From NCBI GenBank assembly GCA_024403555.1, contig JAKSRP010000004.1, forward strand, positions 8,888 to 72,887: a DNA stretch of 64,000 nt, written 5' to 3'. The notes under the pieces are model-generated. The model was given only the letters and a program-made list of their open reading frames with translations. It had not been told where the DNA came from and ran no database searches. This document shows, in pieces, positions 61,074-64,000 of this stretch (within the stretch, counting starts at the first letter, position 1; each line of letters begins with the position of its first letter). Both the position numbers and the translations under genes were made by a program. The stretch comes from Lachnospiraceae bacterium. Lineage in GTDB: Bacteria > Bacillota > Clostridia > Lachnospirales > Lachnospiraceae.

Positions 61074-64000
61074 TTATTCGGCATCAATCGTAGAAACGCT
61101 GATTGTAATTTCTTCTAATACATCAAGAAGTACACGCACAGTGTCAAGAGATGTAAACATTGTTACGTTATTTTCGGTTGCACACTGACGAATTGCCACA
61201 CCATCACCATAATGAACCCCTGATAAAATGGCTCTCGTATTGATGACATATCTTACGTATCCTGCGCGGATGGATTCAAGCACCTGAGTGCTTCCTTCGC
61301 TTAATTTACGAAGGAGTCTTGTACGAATACCGTGTTTCTTTAAGAATTCTGCGGTTACGGTAGTTGCTTCGATGTTAAATCCAAGATCATAGAAGCGTTT
61401 TACTAATGGAAGACCTTCTTCTTTGTCTTCATCTGCTAAGGTTACTAAAATCGTTCCGTAGTTATAAAGCTTGATACCGGATGCAATTAAAGCTTTATAA
61501 ACGGCTCTGTGAAGACTCTTATCGTAACCGATTGCTTCTCCGGTAGATTTCATTTCTGGAGAGAGGTAAGCATCCATACCACGAAGCTTGGAGAAGGAGA
61601 ATGCAGGGGCTTTCACATACCAGCGTTCTTTTTCATCTGGATATAAAGCAAAGATTCCCTGTTCCTTTAAGCTCACACCTAAAATAGCCAGTGTTGCGAT
61701 ATCCGCAAGCGGATATCCAGTTGCCTTTGATAAGAATGGAACGGTTCTTGAGGATCTTGGGTTTACTTCGATGATGTATACATCATCATTTTCATCTACA
61801 ATAAACTGGATGTTGAATAATCCGACGATTCCAATGCCAAGCCCTAATTTTTTCGTATATCGAAGGATAGTTCCTTTTACTTTGTCAGAAATGCTATATG
61901 GTGGATATACACTCATGGAGTCTCCGGAATGTACTCCGGTTCTTTCTACTAATTCCATGATGCCAGGAACAAATACGCTTGTTCCGTCGCAGATTGCATC
62001 AACCTCTACTTCTTTTCCTTTGATATATTTATCTACTAATACTGGTTTGTCTTCGTCGATCTCTACGGCTGTTTTTAAGTAAACGAGCAAGTCTTTTTCT
62101 TTGGATACAATCTGCATTGCACGTCCACCAAGAACGAAGCTTGGACGAACGAGAACCGGATATCCAATTTCTGCTGCCGCTGCCACACCGGCTTCTACAC
62201 TTGTTACGGCCATACCTTTTGGCTGTGGAATATCAAGCTCTTCTAATACTTTTTCAAAGGCATCACGGTTTTCTGCTTTTTCAATCGCTTCGCAGTCGGT
62301 TCCGATGATTTTTACTCCACGATCGGTAAGTGGCTGAGCTAAGTTAACGGCTGTCTGACCACCTAAGGAAGCGATGACACCAAATGGTTTTTCATACTCA
62401 ATGATGTTCATAACATCTTCCACACAAAGTGGTTCGAAATATAATTTATCGGAAGTTGTATAATCGGTAGATACGGTTTCCGGATTGTTATTGATAATGA
62501 TCGCTTCAAATCCAGCTTCTTTGATTGTCTTTACGGCATGTACGGTGGAGTAGTCAAATTCGACACCCTGGCCGATACGGATTGGACCAGATCCAAGTAC
62601 GATGATTTTCTTTTTGTCCGATAAAATGGACTCATTTTCATCTTCGTAAGTGGAATAGAAGTATGGAATGTAGCTTTCAAATTCAGATGCACAGGTATCA
62701 ATCATCTTAAATACCGGGAACATCTTTTCTTCCTTTCTTAAGTTGTAAATGTCTAATTCTTTGCATCCCCAAAGAACAGAGATTTCTTTATCGGAAAAGC
62801 CCATTCGTTTTGCTTCGCATAAGACTTTTTTGTCATTTTTATTTGCCTTTAAGGCTTCTTCCATCGCAATGATTTTCTTCATCTTATCTAAGAAGAATAA
62901 ATCAATGCCGGTAGCTTCACCAATTGATTCAATAGAAGCGCCCATACGAAGCATTTTCCCAATGGCATATACGCGGTCGTCAGTCGCTGTTTTGATATAT
63001 TCAGCCAGACTTTCTAAGCTCCAACCACTGAATTTTTCGCTGTATAAATGATACACACCGATTTCTAAGGATCTGATTGCCTTTAAAAAGCTTTCTTCAA
63101 AGGTTCTTCCCACGCTCATAACTTCTCCGGTTGCCTTCATCTGGGTTCCTAAAGAGTTATTGGCATCGGCAAATTTGTCACATGGAAATCTTGGCATCTT
63201 AGAAACAACATAATCGAGCGCTGGTTCGAAGGATGCTAATGTATTGGCAAGTGGAATTTCGTCTAAATGCATCCCTACGGAGATTTTCGCTGATACTCTG
63301 GCGATTGGATAACCGCTGGCTTTAGAAGCTAAGGCAGAGGATCTGGAAACTCGTGGGTTAACTTCGATTACATAGTAATCAAAGGAGTTTGGATCTAAGG
63401 CAAACTGTACGTTACAGCCACCTTCGATTTTTAAAGCACGAATGATCTTTAATGCAGAATTACGAAGCATCTGATATTCTTTGTTTGCTAAGGTCTGGGA
63501 TGGGCAGACAACGATGGAATCGCCTGTGTGAACCCCTACAGGATCTAAGTTTTCCATGTTACAGATCGTGATTGCAGTATCATTTGCATCACGCATTACT
63601 TCGTATTCGATTTCTTTGTAGCCCTTTACACTCTTTTCGATCAGTGCCTGATTAACCGGGGAGAGTGCAAGCGCATTTTTTACGATTTCTACAAATTCTT
63701 TCTGGTCATAGGCAAATCCACCGCCAGTACCGCCAAGGGTGTAGGCTGGACGTACTACGACTGGATAACCGATTTCTTCTGCCGCCTTGATGGCATCTTC
63801 CATCGTATTAATAACAACGGATGGTAAAACCGGTTCATTGATATCTAAACAAAGCTGTTTGAACAGATCTCTGTCTTCTGCCTGTTCAATACTGCTTGAT
63901 TTTGTTCCAAGTAATTTCACATTGCATTCACGAAGAACGCCTTTTTTCTCAAGCTGCATCGCAAGGTTTAAGCCTGTCTGACCACCGATACCAGGTAAGA
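61074..64000 (-). CDS. carB: Carbamoyl-phosphate synthase large subunit (5' end beyond the window)
   Basis: Two ATP-grasp halves (RPAYTLGG / RPSFVLGG), [30 protein letters not shown] domain. Confidence 0.97.
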   Translation of the reverse strand, partial: LPGIGGQTGLNLAMQLEKKGVLRECNVKLLGTKSSSIEQAEDRDLFKQLCLDINEPVLPSVVINTMEDAIKAAEEIGYPVVVRPAYTLGGTGGGFAYDQKEFVEIVKNALALSPVNQALIEKSVKGYKEIEYEVMRDANDTAITICNMENLDPVGVHTGDSIVVCPSQTLANKEYQMLRNSALKIIRALKIEGGCNVQFALDPNSFDYYVIEVNPRVSRSSALASKASGYPIARVSAKISVGMHLDEIPLANTLASFEPALDYVVSKMPRFPCDKFADANNSLGTQMKATGEVMSVGRTFEESFLKAIRSLEIGVYHLYSEKFSGWSLESLAEYIKTATDDRVYAIGKMLRMGASIESIGEATGIDLFFLDKMKKIIAMEEALKANKNDKKVLCEAKRMGFSDKEISVLWGCKELDIYNLRKEEKMFPVFKMIDTCASEFESYIPYFYSTYEDENESILSDKKKIIVLGSGPIRIGQGVEFDYSTVHAVKTIKEAGFEAIIINNNPETVSTDYTTSDKLYFEPLCVEDVMNIIEYEKPFGVIASLGGQTAVNLAQPLTDRGVKIIGTDCEAIEKAENRDAFEKVLEELDIPQPKGMAVTSVEAGVAAAAEIGYPVLVRPSFVLGGRAMQIVSKEKDLLVYLKTAVEIDEDKPVLVDKYIKGKEVEVDAICDGTSVFVPGIMELVERTGVHSGDSMSVYPPYSISDKVKGTILRYTKKLGLGIGIVGLFNIQFIVDENDDVYIIEVNPRSSRTVPFLSKATGYPLADIATLAILGVSLKEQGIFALYPDEKERWYVKAPAFSFSKLRGMDAYLSPEMKSTGEAIGYDKSLHRAVYKALIASGIKLYNYGTILVTLADEDKEEGLPLVKRFYDLGFNIEATTVTAEFLKKHGIRTRLLRKLSEGSTQVLESIRAGYVRYVINTRAILSGVHYGDGVAIRQCATENNVTMFTSLDTVRVLLDVLEEITISVSTIDAE

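Overview
Low-GC Firmicutes chromosomal window, most likely Lachnospiraceae (inferred from DUF5716/DUF5717-type genes, Clostridia-type folate and glutamate synthase clusters and strong AGGAGG ribosome-binding sites). It is mostly housekeeping: typA, clpX, rarA, prfA-prmC, rpmE, rho, valS-folC, a folate operon, pheA, lepB and carB-pyrG-gltB-gltD. I saw no rRNA, tRNA, CRISPR array, prophage or transposase. The accessory region at about 35.6-53.3 kb holds the unusual signals. (1) Three copies of a two-armed, mirror-symmetric array of short half-sites at 25-26 bp spacing (51-bp period). One copy surrounds the promoter of a Vsr/DUF559-like nuclease gene. The two orphan copies keep motif positions to within 1 bp although their spacers have diverged. 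(2) Two convergent copies of a small transcription unit with a CodY-like box and a consensus sigma-A promoter, carrying only micro-ORFs (ATG-TAA or MK*, and MRLLEIQ/H*). (3) A radical SAM/SPASM-type enzyme overlapping a membrane protein with a (Cys-Ala)n tail. (4) A candidate anti-RBS sRNA. (5) Palindromic REP/MITE-like inserts, each directly downstream of a terminator. A yybP-ykoY (Mn2+) riboswitch precedes a GDT1-family transporter. All family calls come from motif recognition by eye; no database searches were run.
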